A DNA stretch of 64,000 nt, taken from the human T2T-CHM13v2.0 reference genome, Homo sapiens. Within the stretch, counting starts at the first letter, position 1. Each line of letters starts with the position of its first letter. Below the pieces are notes generated by a model. It ran no database searches. It saw nothing but the letters and a program-made list of their open reading frames with translations, and was not told the origin of the DNA. This document shows, piece by piece, positions 1 to 27,169 of the stretch. A program made the position numbers and the translations under genes. Location of the stretch: NCBI RefSeq assembly GCF_009914755.1, contig NC_060934.1; one strand, written 5' to 3'.

Positions 1-169
<169 letters not shown>

Positions 170-478
170 TAAAACCTTCACAGTTGAAAACCTTGTCCTT
201 AAGTGGCTAATTTAAATAAAAAGCAGATTTCCTTAGCAGTATAAGTAATTTCAGCTGCCTAGAAATATTTCCAAAGAATATTTTCCAACTGTGACATCTA
301 CTTGAATATTTGTGTGTTTTTATGCTGCTACTTTATCTACATCAAAAGTCTTACTTTAGCAAATTATATCCACGCTTCCAAACACTGTTATTAGTCATAA
401 TGCTGCCTTATTCCTGAAAAAATAGATTGTGGGTTCAAAAATACCAATACATTATTAACAAGTTGTTATAATTTTGCA

Positions 479-484
479 TTTATT
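479..484 (-). terminator. Candidate HACD1 polyadenylation signal AATAAA (a second one at 792-797)
   Basis: TTTATT on + strand in the AT-rich 3' UTR, ~385 nt after the stop. Confidence 0.5.
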
Positions 485-867
485 TTCATTTATAAATATC
501 ACATAAATATCACTAGCAGGTATAATAGTAAATCGTTAAACTAATTTCTAAATATTGATTTAAAAAGCTTTGAGCATGTTTCAAAAAAAACTTAGCAAAA
601 GTTTTTTTTTCCCCCAGATAATACACCTAATTATTTTCCTAATAATCAATACCTACCCAAAAGTTACTGATATTTGCACAGTTCTTGTAAAAAATAGATC
701 TGGCACAAGAGGAACACAAATACTGGCAAATACCACGTGTCTCAAGTTATATTTTAAGAAACCATACAATCCATGATATTTCACAAAGTTGTTTATTCTT
801 GTTATTAAAACTTGGACTCAGGTAATCTTGGTTATTCTGGAAAAAGCACCTTGTTTGCAGAGATCAT

Positions 868-950
868 TTAATCATCCTTTTCTACAATCACCTCTCCATG
901 AAGCACCTTTCTTCTTTGACGTAACATATGAAAATAGAGTTGTGGAAACA
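868..950 (-). CDS. HACD1: HACD1 exon 7 coding part, 83 nt including TAA stop
   Basis: gaag|TG TTT CCA CAA; encodes [27 protein letters not shown]; all exons sum to 867 nt. Confidence 0.96.
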
Positions 951-1155
951 CTTCATTGAAAAAGAAAACAAAGAAAAACAAGCTATTGCTTTAAAATTAT
1001 TTATACTTGAAACCTGTTAAATGTGGCAATGTTAGAGAGTAAATACATCCCATACCACTGCTGTTCCCTGGATATTTACAGAGCTCAAGACTATAAGAGT
1101 GCAAATGGAAGCCCACATACCACATGCCTAAATATTCTAATGCTGTAACTGTTGA

Positions 1156-1494
<339 letters not shown>

Positions 1495-2480
1495 TAACAA
1501 ACTTAAATACCTTGATAAAAATACCTTCATAATGACCTGGAAGACCATGTTTGAGTTTAGAATTCTGAACTCTTTGGAATGCTGCGCCAGAACATTCCAG
1601 CACAGGGAAAACTGGCCCCACCCAGCCTCCTCTTCTCCATTCTACTGGCTGTATCCTGTACTGCAAGGGGTCTCCTGCACATGTGTGAGGATACCCGGGT
1701 GCATACATCTAAGCTTCATCCATACCCCTCACAAACAGCTGCCCCCTGGCTATCCTGTTTTCTCAGGGGTGCGTATACTGATACATGGTTAACCCTCAGG
1801 ACCATGGATCAACGAAGAAGCCTGGTTAGGGCCCAGATGCATGCTCATTGCCCTCTGGGTAGCAAATTCCATGGTCTCAGGTTTCTAGAATGTGATCTAG
1901 AAGGCAGTGGGGTGCTGTGTGGAGTGACCACAGTAGAGCTACAGCAAGGTCCTCTTAACAGAGCCTAAAGCAGAAGCTCCTCCTGGCTGGGTGTAAGGGT
2001 ATTTAATCCATTATATAATAACACATAAATACATACGTTATTAGGTCAGTTGGACAAATTGTCATCTGTCCAGTCAAATTTGAAGAATATTTTGAACCAA
2101 TTTGAACCAGTGTTTCAAACCAGTGTTTCATAGTATAAATGTTGGTGGATAAACAAATTAATATCAGCTATAAACAATGCCAGTGTAAAAATATTTCTGA
2201 ATATGATGATCAGAATAATCAAACCAATGAACCTTATCACAAAACAAGCTTTGAATATCCTGCTTAGGCAACTTTGGATAAAAAGTCTTTCTATTTAGGT
2301 TCTTCCTAACTTAAGAAAGGTTACCATCACATTATATATACCTAGGGGGCTAAATTTACTCAGGTCATAATTACTTAAACTCACTGACCAATTATTGTAA
2401 ATACTTCCATAAAATTCCGAGTAGCTGAACAGAAGGTATGGGCTTGAGTTCAAACCCTGCCTTAACTCACCAGCTACTGA

Positions 2481-2785
<305 letters not shown>

Positions 2786-3293
2786 ACAAGCTAGTGATTT
2801 TTAAGCAACTCACTTAACCTCTTTCATCTTAATGTAAATGAGAAATAATACTACTACTTTTGAATACTAAGTACTCAAAAAGTACTTTTAATTAGCAAAG
2901 GATTTAATAAGTAAAATTAATTGATTTATTACTAACATTAAGAATGCAGGGGGAGGAGGGAATTAAAAAAAAATGCAGTGGAAAACATGTTCTGGGCTGA
3001 GTGATTCTCTGGCCAGTGGGACTCAGTAGCTGGCAGCATGGTGAACTGGGAAGCTGCTACTGGTACAGGCCAGAGTCTACATCTCCCAGGACAACTGAAA
3101 AAGGTGCTTCAGGCTCTCCATTTCCATGGAGATGCCTCAAAAGCCATGAGGAGGAAGAGAACCCACTGTTTGAACCTGTAACTGTCAGACAGACACCGAA
3201 GCAAGCTCTGGTTCTGTTCAAGTAATGCTACCATTAACCTGCCATTGGGAAAAGAGAGGGATGTGAACCAATAGAGTAGGCATCCCCTCCTTA

Positions 3294-4125
<832 letters not shown>

Positions 4126-4708
4126 TAGCAGCACTGAAATGGAGTAAAGCCTTACCAATTCACTTCAACTGCTGAAAGATGATGAGAAATTAGTGAAGAG
4201 GCTGACTTATTCAAAATCCTTTAAGAAAAGAGGCTTTATTATTTGCAAGTACATAGAGCAACACAAATAAGACTCAAAACTACTCCTAGATGATTTTTCC
4301 AAGTATATGCTTAATGAATAGATAGAAATGATCTGAAATTTTCTTGGACACAGTGTTTATACTCAGACATATAATTCTAAATGCTTGTAAAAAGTGCACT
4401 AATGCTTTAAACATGATTTGTTTTTATCTTTCTTTAAAAAAATCATACTAAGCTGATGTTTAAATGATTTTGAGAAAGCAATAATCCATGCGTTAATTTA
4501 CCTGCCTTTATTCTCATAGCTAATGAACTGTCTTCTGCCTCTATCTCCCTTCACTTTTCCCAAATTATCAGTAAATATGGAGTTAAACCGAAGTTTTAAT
4601 GTATTTGTAAGCAATTATTTCTAATTATTTCCCCTTGCATATTATTATATCCTTTCAAAAATTTCCACATCATATGTCAAATCAAAGTACTAATAAGTAT
4701 ATACTTAC

Positions 4709-4887
4709 AAGGTATATATGATGCCATGGTTATAAGAAGAAAATAATAGTAGTCAAAAGAGACATTGTATTTGTTAGGAAGTCTTATTGAAAACATTCCT
4801 GTTTTCTTCACATGCGGCAAGGCAGCGTATATTGTAAGAAGTTCACCAGCAACTCCAACAGGATATAAGATGATAAAAAAATTATAT
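4709..4887 (-). CDS. HACD1: HACD1 exon 6, 179 nt (catalytic Y-x6-E motif YPVGVAGE)
   Basis: ctccag|A TAT AAT; encodes [59 protein letters not shown]; donor T|GTAAGT. Confidence 0.96.
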
Positions 4888-5134
4888 CTGGAGAAAGAAA
4901 AACCTCAGAGAATTATTTTTCTACAATAATTATTAGACTTTACATTGCAGGTCTATTGCTACTACTAAATTTAAACTTCAAAATTCTCTTTTCTTTACAT
5001 ATTTACAATAACCTTACGTAAGGTTAATAGTTCTACTTTAATCATTTGCTTATTGATTATCATCCTTTTTTTCCTAATACCAGTTTCCATAATAGGCAAT
5101 GTCTTTTTAATAAAATAGTATCAACTTATTTTAG

Positions 5135-5666
<532 letters not shown>

Positions 5667-6274
5667 TAGCTTTAAAAAAAGTATTGTAATGGTAACTTCT
5701 TTGGTGCATAAAATCACAAATGACTGCTTTTGTCCGCGGCAGCTAGTAATTTATTGATCAAACACTGCGTTTAAAAAGACCAGTGATTATCCTAAATTTT
5801 ATATCTAAACCTTGAAATTACCAAGGTAGTTATTTTTAAGAGGCATTTGAAAAAGTCTTTGTGGTTACTAATGAAAACCAATTATTGCAGAAAACTGATA
5901 ATACCACCTGAAGCATGAGTAGCTACTAATGAGTATATTATATTGTCTAAAACTGCTACCGTAACAAAATAAATTGACAAGTTAGTTCCTGAATTCCCAC
6001 ATTAAAAGAAGAGTGAGCTTGTTTAAAGTAGAGTTAAGAAAGTTCTACTCTAAATCCAAAGTCATCATGTGTTCATTTGGTCTGTGGCAAGGTCTGGAAC
6101 ACACAGTAGGCCAGGCATCCTGTATGCTTCCAATTAGGAAACACTCTGTGTTCTACTGGCTGGTCTCCAATAAGAGGGGCCTAAAGGATCCAAGATGATC
6201 ATATTTCTTCATTAAAAAAAAAAATCATTTTTCTCTGACTCAGTCACTATATAACAGTTACCACAGAAAACTTA

Positions 6275-6500
6275 AGAGGCCAGAGTGCAAGACCACTCTG
6301 GGCGATATAGTAAGACCCCGTCTCACAAAAAAAAATTTAATGAGCAGACCACAGTGGTGCATGCCTGTCGCCCCAGCTACTTGGGAGGCTAAGGCAGGAG
6401 GATTGCTTGAGCCTAGGAGGTCAAGGGGGCAGTGAGCCAAGACCGCACCACTGTACTCCAGCCTGGGTGACACAGCGAGACCCTGTCTCAAAAAAAATAA
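6275..6500 (+). mobile_element. Partial AluJ
   Basis: gaggattgcttgagcctaggaggtcaagg. Confidence 0.8.
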
Positions 6501-7664
6501 ATTTAATTTAAAAAAAGAAAAATGTTTTTAATTTAAAACAAAAGGTCAACATTTTGATGGAAAAAGAAATCAAATTAATCTGTATTTTATTTAATCATTT
6601 TGTTGGCATTAGGAAATATCTATAAAGAAAAGTCAAAGTTGTCAGTATTGAAGAAGCTTGGAGACAAATTAAAAATTGCATTATTCCTGTATGTCAAGGA
6701 TATGCGAAGATAAGAGATGGGGAGAAGGGCAGAATTATTTGCCAAAATAGATGAGCTATTCAAGAAAGAAGAATGATTCCTTCACTGTACCTGTTAATCC
6801 CTTCTTGGCCTTGGAGAAACTCCCTGCTTTCTTACCAGTTTTGGGTAGTTATTTGTGTATCATTTAAATCAATCTTTCCCTATTCCTCAATTTATTAAAT
6901 CCCATAACTGGACATTTTATATACCTGTCTCAGTAAAATACCCAAACTGATTAAGTTGCAATTTTTACTTTATGTGGTTTTCAAAAGATTTTTTTTTTTT
7001 TTGGCAGGATTGTTCTTCAATAGAAGAAAAAATTAACACTCCTACAATAAGCTAGTTGAAAGTCTTAAGGGCAATGAAAATTTCTAATGAAATGGGAACA
7101 AATTATATAATTTGACTTTACTTGCACTTCAAAAAGATTGCATGTTACTACTTCTCTAAGTTCTGAGGGCAGTATGGGAGATTTAACTATGGATAGACCA
7201 CATTAAAAAAAAAGATACAATGCTTCTTTGAAGGTTCCCAATTACTATCTAAAATTTTTTTGAAGGGAGTGCATTTTAAATCAATATGAAAAACCTAACT
7301 TAATATATACAATTACCTATTCTGAGGACTTTTCCAAGAACACTTATGACACATAAATAGAATCAAAGTATATTCAAACTGTAACAATAGGCCAAACTAC
7401 TTATAACTAAGAAGCCATTTCTAAAGTGTAGTTTTATTCGAGAATGACAGCTTCAACATCTGAACATAAATACAAATATTATTTTACCTTACTTAATGGA
7501 GTTGGGAAACATATTTAGATGGCTGGGATTTTTAAGATCTTTTTGACATGAAACATAATTATTTATGATTATGATCAACTGACAAAGTATTATGTAACAT
7601 ATGATTTCAAAGCTGAAAGACTGTATAACTTGTTTAACATTAAGGCAATGGATAAACACTTTCT

Positions 7665-8140
<476 letters not shown>

Positions 8141-8456
8141 TGAAAAGAGACTATATGGTAAGTTAGTATTTTCAAAGGTGCCAGAGGTCCAGAACATTGT
8201 CATGCGAAATGATATTGATGTGTTCTAGGATTAGAGTCCAGCTACATTCAAAACTGCCAACCTTTAAAAAGCTCAGTCACTAAAGGTAAACACATTTTCA
8301 TGTACAGTAAGATTAAAACCAACCAAATCCATATAAATGGTAGTACAACCTTCTTATGACAGACAAGACACTTAAGCTCAAATTATAATTTCAAAGTATC
8401 TCATCATATACAAAGTGGTAAGCCGCAAGTGTCTAAAAAAGAGCTAGAGAATATTA

Positions 8457-8807
<351 letters not shown>

Positions 8808-9793
8808 TTAACAGTGGTTATCCTTGGTTAGAGAGATTATAAGTAATTTAAAAGTGGTTTTCCTTCTTTTTGGTTTATATATTCTCATTTATTATATTTG
8901 AACATGTATAATACTTGGGATTAAAAAATAGTAATTGACCAGGCATGGTGGCTCACACCTATAATCCCAGCATTTATCACCACCTGACATATCACATATT
9001 ATTAGTTTATGTTTTGTCTTCATCATAAGACAGAGAATTTGTTTTGTTCATACCTACATCTCAGGCATGCAGTAGGCACACACCATTTGTCATTGTTATT
9101 GCTACCATAAAGTACAATACAAAGAATAAAATGAACAAGTCTATACTGATTTGTGACTTGTTCTCCAAAGAGCAGTTTTGCTTTTATAATAACTTTCTAA
9201 AACGTCAATTGCTCAAAGAATTCAAACTTCAAGAAGAACAGATATCTTTTCCTTTAAAAACTGTTGCTTTAGGATATATTTGGAGCCCTTCAAATATAAA
9301 TTTTATCCACATTCCAAATAATACAATTTTAAGTAAGTGTGACTTTTAAAAATGTCTCTGCAACTTAAAGCAAAGAAAAAAACCAATCGCATTGTGTAAA
9401 TGGTATAAATTGTGGCTGCTAGATTGACTATTAAAATAATTTACATCACAGACAAAAAAAAAACATATTTTTGGTACTGCTTATGTAAGCTAATTCCAAA
9501 AATGTATATTGTGCTTTCCAAAAAAAAATGAATGACTAATTCTGAGGTTAAGGATACCACAATTTGTCTCACATTGATTTCACTCAAAATATTTATTAAT
9601 ACGATTCCTCTCTCATCATTAAGCTTTTAGAATACAAATCATAACTTGTATAATTATTAGTTATACCAGTTATACCTCCTATAACAGCATTCTGGCATCG
9701 TGGGGCTGAAACACGAATTTTAATTCTCTGGCGTTAGCACACAAAATAAGCATGCACAGGACAAGGAGAAACTAAACTGCAAGATATCGCCAC

Positions 9794-9915
9794 CTGGCCC
9801 ATTTAATGAAGTATGGCAAGTGGTCAAGAAGGCTGAATGTGTAGAAGGAATAGCGAGTGATCTCTGTCACAGTCCACGCGACCAGAAAAAGCACCACACT
9901 CTCTTCATTCTGGAT
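9794..9915 (-). CDS. HACD1: HACD1 exon 5, 122 nt
   Basis: ctgcag|ATC CAG AAT GAA GAG; encodes [40 protein letters not shown]; weak donor AG|GTGGCG. Confidence 0.96.
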
Positions 9916-10821
9916 CTGCAGAATTACAGAGAAACCCAGTGTCATTCAACCTAGAACTTACTTTTCAGTGAAGGTACTTACTTTACTTATTTATTGCCTT
10001 TTATTTATAATGGAATGTTAGGGTTAGGCAAATGCAATATAGAAAACTTAATGCAGTCACCATTAACATAATTAATTATAAACGTGGAACTTAAACGTAT
10101 CTTATGCACAGGAATAGTTGAGCATAGACTCGTTTTTCTTCCCTCGTCCTTCACTTCAGGAAATAACGCTATCATCAGAGGACAATGTTACCTTGCTGAA
10201 ACCAAAATCTGACCCTCCTACTTCTAGTAATCATTGAATCACACCTGTTCTACTGTAGGACCAACGCTTGAATTGCTCACTCATCTTTGGCCCTTTTACT
10301 ACTATTTTAATTCAGGGGTTTATCATCTCTCATCTTGACTACTGTAACTGTTTCCTAAATAGTCTTTCCTCCCTTTATTGTCCTCATGAATGCAAGTTGT
10401 CTTTTAAAAAGAAGTCAAAGAAGCAAATACATAAAAAACAAATTGGAATCAGCTAAGTCCTGTGATTTAAAAGTTTCACTGGTCCCACACTTCTTAACAG
10501 AATAAAAGGATGAGCCCTAATACCTGGGCACCATATTCAAGGTTCTTTGCAATCCTTGCTCGGAAATCTCTCCAACTTCATCTACAATTATTCAACCCTT
10601 CTACCTACTTCTCTCTCTGGTGACACTAGATGTTGTTATTTCCAGAATATGCTCTGAACTTGTGCAATTTAACACATGCTATTCACTCTCACTGGAATGT
10701 TACTCTCTTATTCCATAAAAAATCTTTTCCTATCTTTCAAGATTCAGCTAAAACATCTCGCCCTCTAGAAAACTGACTCCAACCCTCTCCTCTCACCCTG
10801 AGCAGTTATTTGCTCACCACC

Positions 10822-12886
<2,065 letters not shown>

Positions 12887-13039
12887 TAAAATGCCCAATA
12901 TCTTGACATAGCAGCATGGTGTCTATCTCGCCTGAAAGGTTTGAATCATTAATTAGATTCAATAATTAGGTCTGTCTCCTGTCATGCCTCAATAAAAATT
13001 GTTTATTTTTCCTAAAGCTCCTTAGCAATTTTTTGACAA

Positions 13040-13300
13040 TTATTTTTAATTGAAAATTTAAATTGCATATATTTATGGTGTACAACATGATGTTCTGAAA
13101 TATGTACGCATTGTGAAATGGCTAAATCAAGCTAACGAACCTATGTATTACCTTATGTACTTATTTATTTGTGGTAAGATCACTATTCTCTTAGCAATTT
13201 TCAAATATACAATACATTGCTATTAACTATAGTCACTACGTTGCATAATAGATCTCTTGAACTTAATTCCTCCTAACTAAAATTTTTATCCTTTGACCCC
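13040..13300 (-). mobile_element. Old L1 (L1MA/MB) 3' fragment
   Basis: atatttatggtgtacaacatgatgtt...ttaactatagtcact...agatctcttgaactta. Confidence 0.7.
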
Positions 13301-13385
13301 TTCTAACTTTCAGTCTTTTCCGTTTGTTCAGATCTACAGAACTGCATTTACTTTTTATGTCTGTTGCTGTAATACTCAATGCTAA

Positions 13386-13691
<306 letters not shown>

Positions 13692-14063
13692 AGAAATAAT
13701 AAATTGTATACTGACAACTTCGATTACATAATCAAAGAGGACAACTTGGATTGAAAAGAAACTTCTATAGAAAAGAACATTTTCTGCAGGTTATTTGACA
13801 GAACCTGAATACTGATTTCAAAAACTGGAAAATATCAAAGGAGAATATATTACGGATCTAAGATGCCAATATTTGGGTTTGTTTGTGTATCAAAGTCATT
13901 CTGCTAAGGCACTAAGTCAATGCACAACATCTAAAACTCAAACCCAACTCCTTTTTGTCCAACACTTCCACCTCCTGAAATATACAAATGTTAATATTTT
14001 AGATTCCTATGAATGGAAAGCTTTCCTGCAGGCTCAAGTAGACAACATGTTTGTGTCACTTAC

Positions 14064-14152
14064 TGGTTTTATACTGTGAGTAATGAGCCACACCATAAAG
14101 ATTCTTGAACTCACTTGGACCCCAGTCACAATCACAGAAGTAGGTACAATTC
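14064..14152 (-). CDS. HACD1: HACD1 exon 4, 89 nt
   Basis: tttttaag|GA ATT GTA CCT...; encodes [29 protein letters not shown]; donor CCA|GTAAGT. Confidence 0.96.
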
Positions 14153-14229
14153 CTTAAAAAGAAAAACAAGTGAACTATTGCCCTAAAGGCAATTTATAAT
14201 AAAAGTATAAAATTGAAGCAAAAACTCAC

Positions 14230-14248
14230 CAATTAAACAGTGAACTAT
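14230..14248 (-). CDS. HACD1: HACD1 exon 3, 19-nt microexon (IVHCLI-G)
   Basis: cag|ATAGTTCACTGTTTAATTG|gtgagt; needed to keep frame between exons 2 and 4; start of the PTP-like HCLIGIVP motif. Confidence 0.95.
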
Positions 14249-14433
14249 CTGTAAGCAAATAGAAAAAAATCATTACGTCAATAATAGAAAACATTAAATA
14301 AACCACTGTCAACATTGGCATTCAGCAAATCCATAGGTGGTATGTAATCAGCAAAATCATATTGATTTTGCACAACAAAAAATGTTCACATAAATATTAC
14401 AGCAATAGAAAAACAGCATGATGGAAAACTTAC

Positions 14434-14551
14434 CTCAAGCAAGGCAAATGTCTGGAAAAATTTAAGTGTCTTCTGAATACTTTTATATAAACCTCTGTGT
14501 GTTCCTTTTTCCATATAAAAACGTACCATGGCAATAGCTAGAACCAACCAC
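14434..14551 (-). CDS. HACD1: HACD1 exon 2, 118 nt
   Basis: Acceptor (T)nAG|G; encodes [39 protein letters not shown]; donor GAG|GTAAGT; phase matches exon 1. Confidence 0.97.
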
Positions 14552-14599
14552 CTAAAAAAAAAAAGTATTTCATAAAGTTCTTTCGAACTTAATACCACT

Positions 14600-16690
<2,091 letters not shown>

Positions 16691-18522
16691 GAGAAAGAAA
16701 AAAGAAAGAAAAAAATACTATATGCCCTCGCTTTTAAACTTACGTTTGCATATAAATATAGCTTATGTTCTGTGAATAATAATCGTGCTTTAAATATAAG
16801 CTAGAGTTGTGGAGACCAGCTTTCTCATACTACTTCTTACTCTTCCTAAAGTCACCAATAAGAAGTTTATTTTTTTCCAGTTTCCCCTGCAATTCCAAAA
16901 GCACGTTTAAGTTTAAGCAACTTACCTCATCTGTAACTTTTTAAAAGCTCTAATAACTCACCCAGGGAAATGAGGAGCTACCCTAGTCTTTTAGATAGTC
17001 TCCAAAGAGTCTAGTAAGTAGATTTATGAAATATAAAATTATCATGCAGTTTTAACTTTTTTAATCAAAGAACACTCATACAGTGGACAAATGGCTTGAA
17101 AAGATTCCTGCAAAGAATCTACTAACTGAATCTGATGAAAATGCATTCTCAAGAGAATAATAAGATGGCAGAATGACACTTCTATTCTTAGAACATAATA
17201 AGGTAAAAGCAATGACTTGTTTATCAGATTGGCAAGAAGTCAAGTAAATATCTGAAAGGACCACAAGGACCTTTGAAATGCAGACATATTCATGATAATA
17301 ACAATGACAATAATAAGTGTATTGTCAGAGTGCTTTCTATGTCTTAGACACTGTTTTCAATTCATAACATATTAACCTCAAATCCTCACAATAACCCTAT
17401 GAGGCGAGGGTCTTCTATTATCCTATTTCACTACTGAGGAAATAGGCAGAGAGGGTCACACAGCCACCACTAAGCTCGGAGTATATGCTCTTAAGCCACT
17501 ATGCTGTGTCGGTCTGGCTCTAAGTATATACTGTGCCCTGAGATACCAGTTAATGATAGCAATTCATATTTACATTATAAATATATTTTTAAAGTTATAT
17601 GGAGAGTCTATGCTCAAATATTTTAATTGATAGTAGCATGCTATCCAAAAAGTTTGAAGGCCACTCTTTTAGATGAGATAATCATCTTCCAGAACATTCA
17701 GTTACTTACCCTGAGTCTTAGAGTAAGTTCATGACTGAGTCTGTAATAGAACCTCTGCAGTCTCTAGACTCCCTAGTCCTGACCCCTTTCCACTCTACCC
17801 CAGCTTCACTGTGGCTACAACTGATGGATCCATCTCATGTGAGCGCCAACACTGAACTGGACTGATCCTACAGCACTCATCGGAATCATGCTTTAGGTAC
17901 CTTCCACAACTAAAGTATTATGATTTCATTATCTTCAATTCAAAGTCCCCATATTTCTTCTACTAAGAAAACAAAAAGTTTATTAAGATATTTTCATTCA
18001 CATTTTCCATACACTTGTCTTTTTTAGGTGAACCCAAATCAGATGTCCACAAAAGATAAGTTTGAGAGGCAGTTATTAACCTACCAATCAAAGGAGTCAT
18101 TTGGATGGCAAGTTTTCTACATTTTTAAACAGCATTGTATAAAAATCCATGCATCGTTAACATTATAACAAGTTCTACTGTTGCTCCATAGGTGGCAGTA
18201 TTGTACCACCTAGCATAGTATCATGATCGTGCCACTCACTAAACTGTGGGAAATAAAAGAAATTGACAGGCTCAGGGATTTGAAAGGACCCATCGAAACA
18301 TCTATTCTAACCTCTTGTCTGTTTTTCCTAAGTAAGGCCAGGAGCCAATTGAATCAGGGTTCACTTCCTAAGCCCTCCATCAGAAAGGGTGACAGTCAAA
18401 GAAAGTCTCTTTAAGGGTCCTATATTGAACTAGTTTTGAACTTCCTTCATCTATCGGTTTAGTAACTATAATAAAACAAACAGAAAATATTTCAAAAGCA
18501 ACTGGAATTTCTGCAATTAGGA

Positions 18523-21800
<3,278 letters not shown>

Positions 21801-22188
21801 CAAGCCCTCTTCTTGATGCCTCAACAGATGTCTTGCAATTTCAGATCTCTGTCCTCTAACTCATGCTGTTTCCCCACTTATGCCTACTTAAGTCCTTCAC
21901 CGCTCAGTTTAAATGCTGTGATCTCTCACAGAAAACTTTCTCTAATTCTCCCTACCTGTCTGTCCTCTGACACATCTGCTTAGCACTTATCTCATTATTT
22001 TATTGCAATTGTTGTTTATATATTAATGCCCCAGGTTACCCTGCTTCAAGGACAGGGCCTAAAGTATTTGAAGGACAATGCATTTATATATACGGGCACA
22101 AAAGTATTTGTCAGAAAGAAAGAGAGAGGGAGGGAGAGAAATGCTCACTTCCCTATTATGAGCAAGTGCCATAAAAATCCTTACATCT

Positions 22189-22634
<446 letters not shown>

Positions 22635-23142
22635 CCCTAAAAAATCCTTACATCCTTTAAAGGTGTAATTCTTCTTCCAGGAATTTATTACACTAAGCCA
22701 CGAATTGAACAGAAACAAATAAAAGCAAAATGTCGTTAGGCGCATGATTTAATCCATTATTGTATAATTAATTCTATACACTCAAATGTAACTGTCAAAA
22801 AGTATAATTATGAAAAACAGATGAAAACCTGACAGACTATTAAGTGAAAATGGAAAAATATACAATACAGCAGATATTATAACAGCAATGCTGTAATACA
22901 TTCACTCATTCATTCATTCAAATATTTATTGAGTACTTCTTGGAGTTTACACTCTAATGGAGATGACAGACAATAAGCATTGCGAATAAGTAAAATATAT
23001 TGTACAATCATATGAAAGAAAGTGGGATGGAGAAAAATAAACAGGCAAGGGAGATAAGGAGTATGTGTTTCACTATTCAAATTAAGATGACCAGGTAAGG
23101 CCTCCTTGAGAATGAAGTTTTGAGTAAAAACTTGGAAGAGGG

Positions 23143-23694
<552 letters not shown>

Positions 23695-24664
23695 TTAAAC
23701 TACTGGACTCAAGCAATCCTCCTGCCTCAGTCTCCTGAGTAGCTGGGATTACAGGTGCATACCACTGTTCCCCACTTGTTTTGAAAATTATTACAAAAAA
23801 ATTAATAAACACGCCAAAGTTCTGTTAACAGAGAAATAAGTTAAATGAACAAAAAGAGCCTCAACTAGTCTTCTGCTGTCCACCCTATAAAACGTGTAAG
23901 TTCTTGTCCCGATTTCAACACTACAACTTCTTCAACCTTATTTACCACTATTCCCCAACAGCACCCTCCAGTTCAATCAAGAGAATACATCAGGCTTGCA
24001 TATCATGCCTATTTCCAGAATTTATATCACCTGAAATGTCTACTCTCTATGTATGCAAATCTTATTCCTTCTTCAAATCTCACCGCCTCTAGAAAGCATC
24101 TGAAGAGTCAGTTACAGAGATTATTCCATTTCAATATCCCTTATTTTTGTAAATATGACAAGGAAACTTCTCAGTAGAGGCAGAAGGAGACAAGTTTAGA
24201 ACAAGCCCTGATTTGCCGGGGAAGGGTCAGAGGGACAGAATGGAGAAAGCATTTAATTCTGCACCAGGTAAGGCAGGAGACCCGGAAAACTTCAAAGAGG
24301 TAGATTTGATTAGAAGTCATGGGAATAACAGGAGAACATTATACAAAAGTGAAAAACCTGAGCACAGAAGCAGAGCGCTGTGAAAATACATGGTGCTTTG
24401 AGGGACGAGTGAGTCAGAGATATCAAATGCAAGTTGACTGGAAAGGGGAATCGGGAGCAGATTGCAAAAAGCCTTGAATGGCAGATAGCCTGAATCCCTT
24501 AGATCAGGGTGGAGGTGGCAGGGAGTCACTGAAGTCTTTAAACTGGAGCTATGCATTGATGTTCATTTTTGAAATATCAGTTGGCTTTCAAGACAGAGAG
24601 TCAACTGAAAAGAGAAAGGACAGACACCCAGTTAACACAAGGCAGATATTTCAAAATGTTCACT

Positions 24665-26869
<2,205 letters not shown>

Positions 26870-27169
26870 TTAAAAGGCAGTGCAATTGAGAAATGGAAAA
26901 GCATTTTCCCAACAGGTTTTGAGAAGCAGTTGACACAAAAGTCACTTTGAGAGCTCTGCGAAGAGCGACAGTCATTGTGTAACCTTAACTTGCAAAGTCA
27001 TACTCAAAGCCAAAAATCAAGGTCCAGCTTATCAGCCACGGAGCCTGAGGCCATAAAGATGCTGGGCAGGAGCTCCACGCTGGGATAAGTGGGGTGGTTA
27101 TTTCAAAATCGTCCCAAGTGACAAGCTCTAGGACGTGCTGTGCTTTAAAAAAAAAAAAAAAAAAAAGTC

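Noticed and set aside
18186-18200. CTCF-like motif CCATAGGTGGCAGTA
   Set aside because: Imperfect match in the core; cannot be supported without ChIP data
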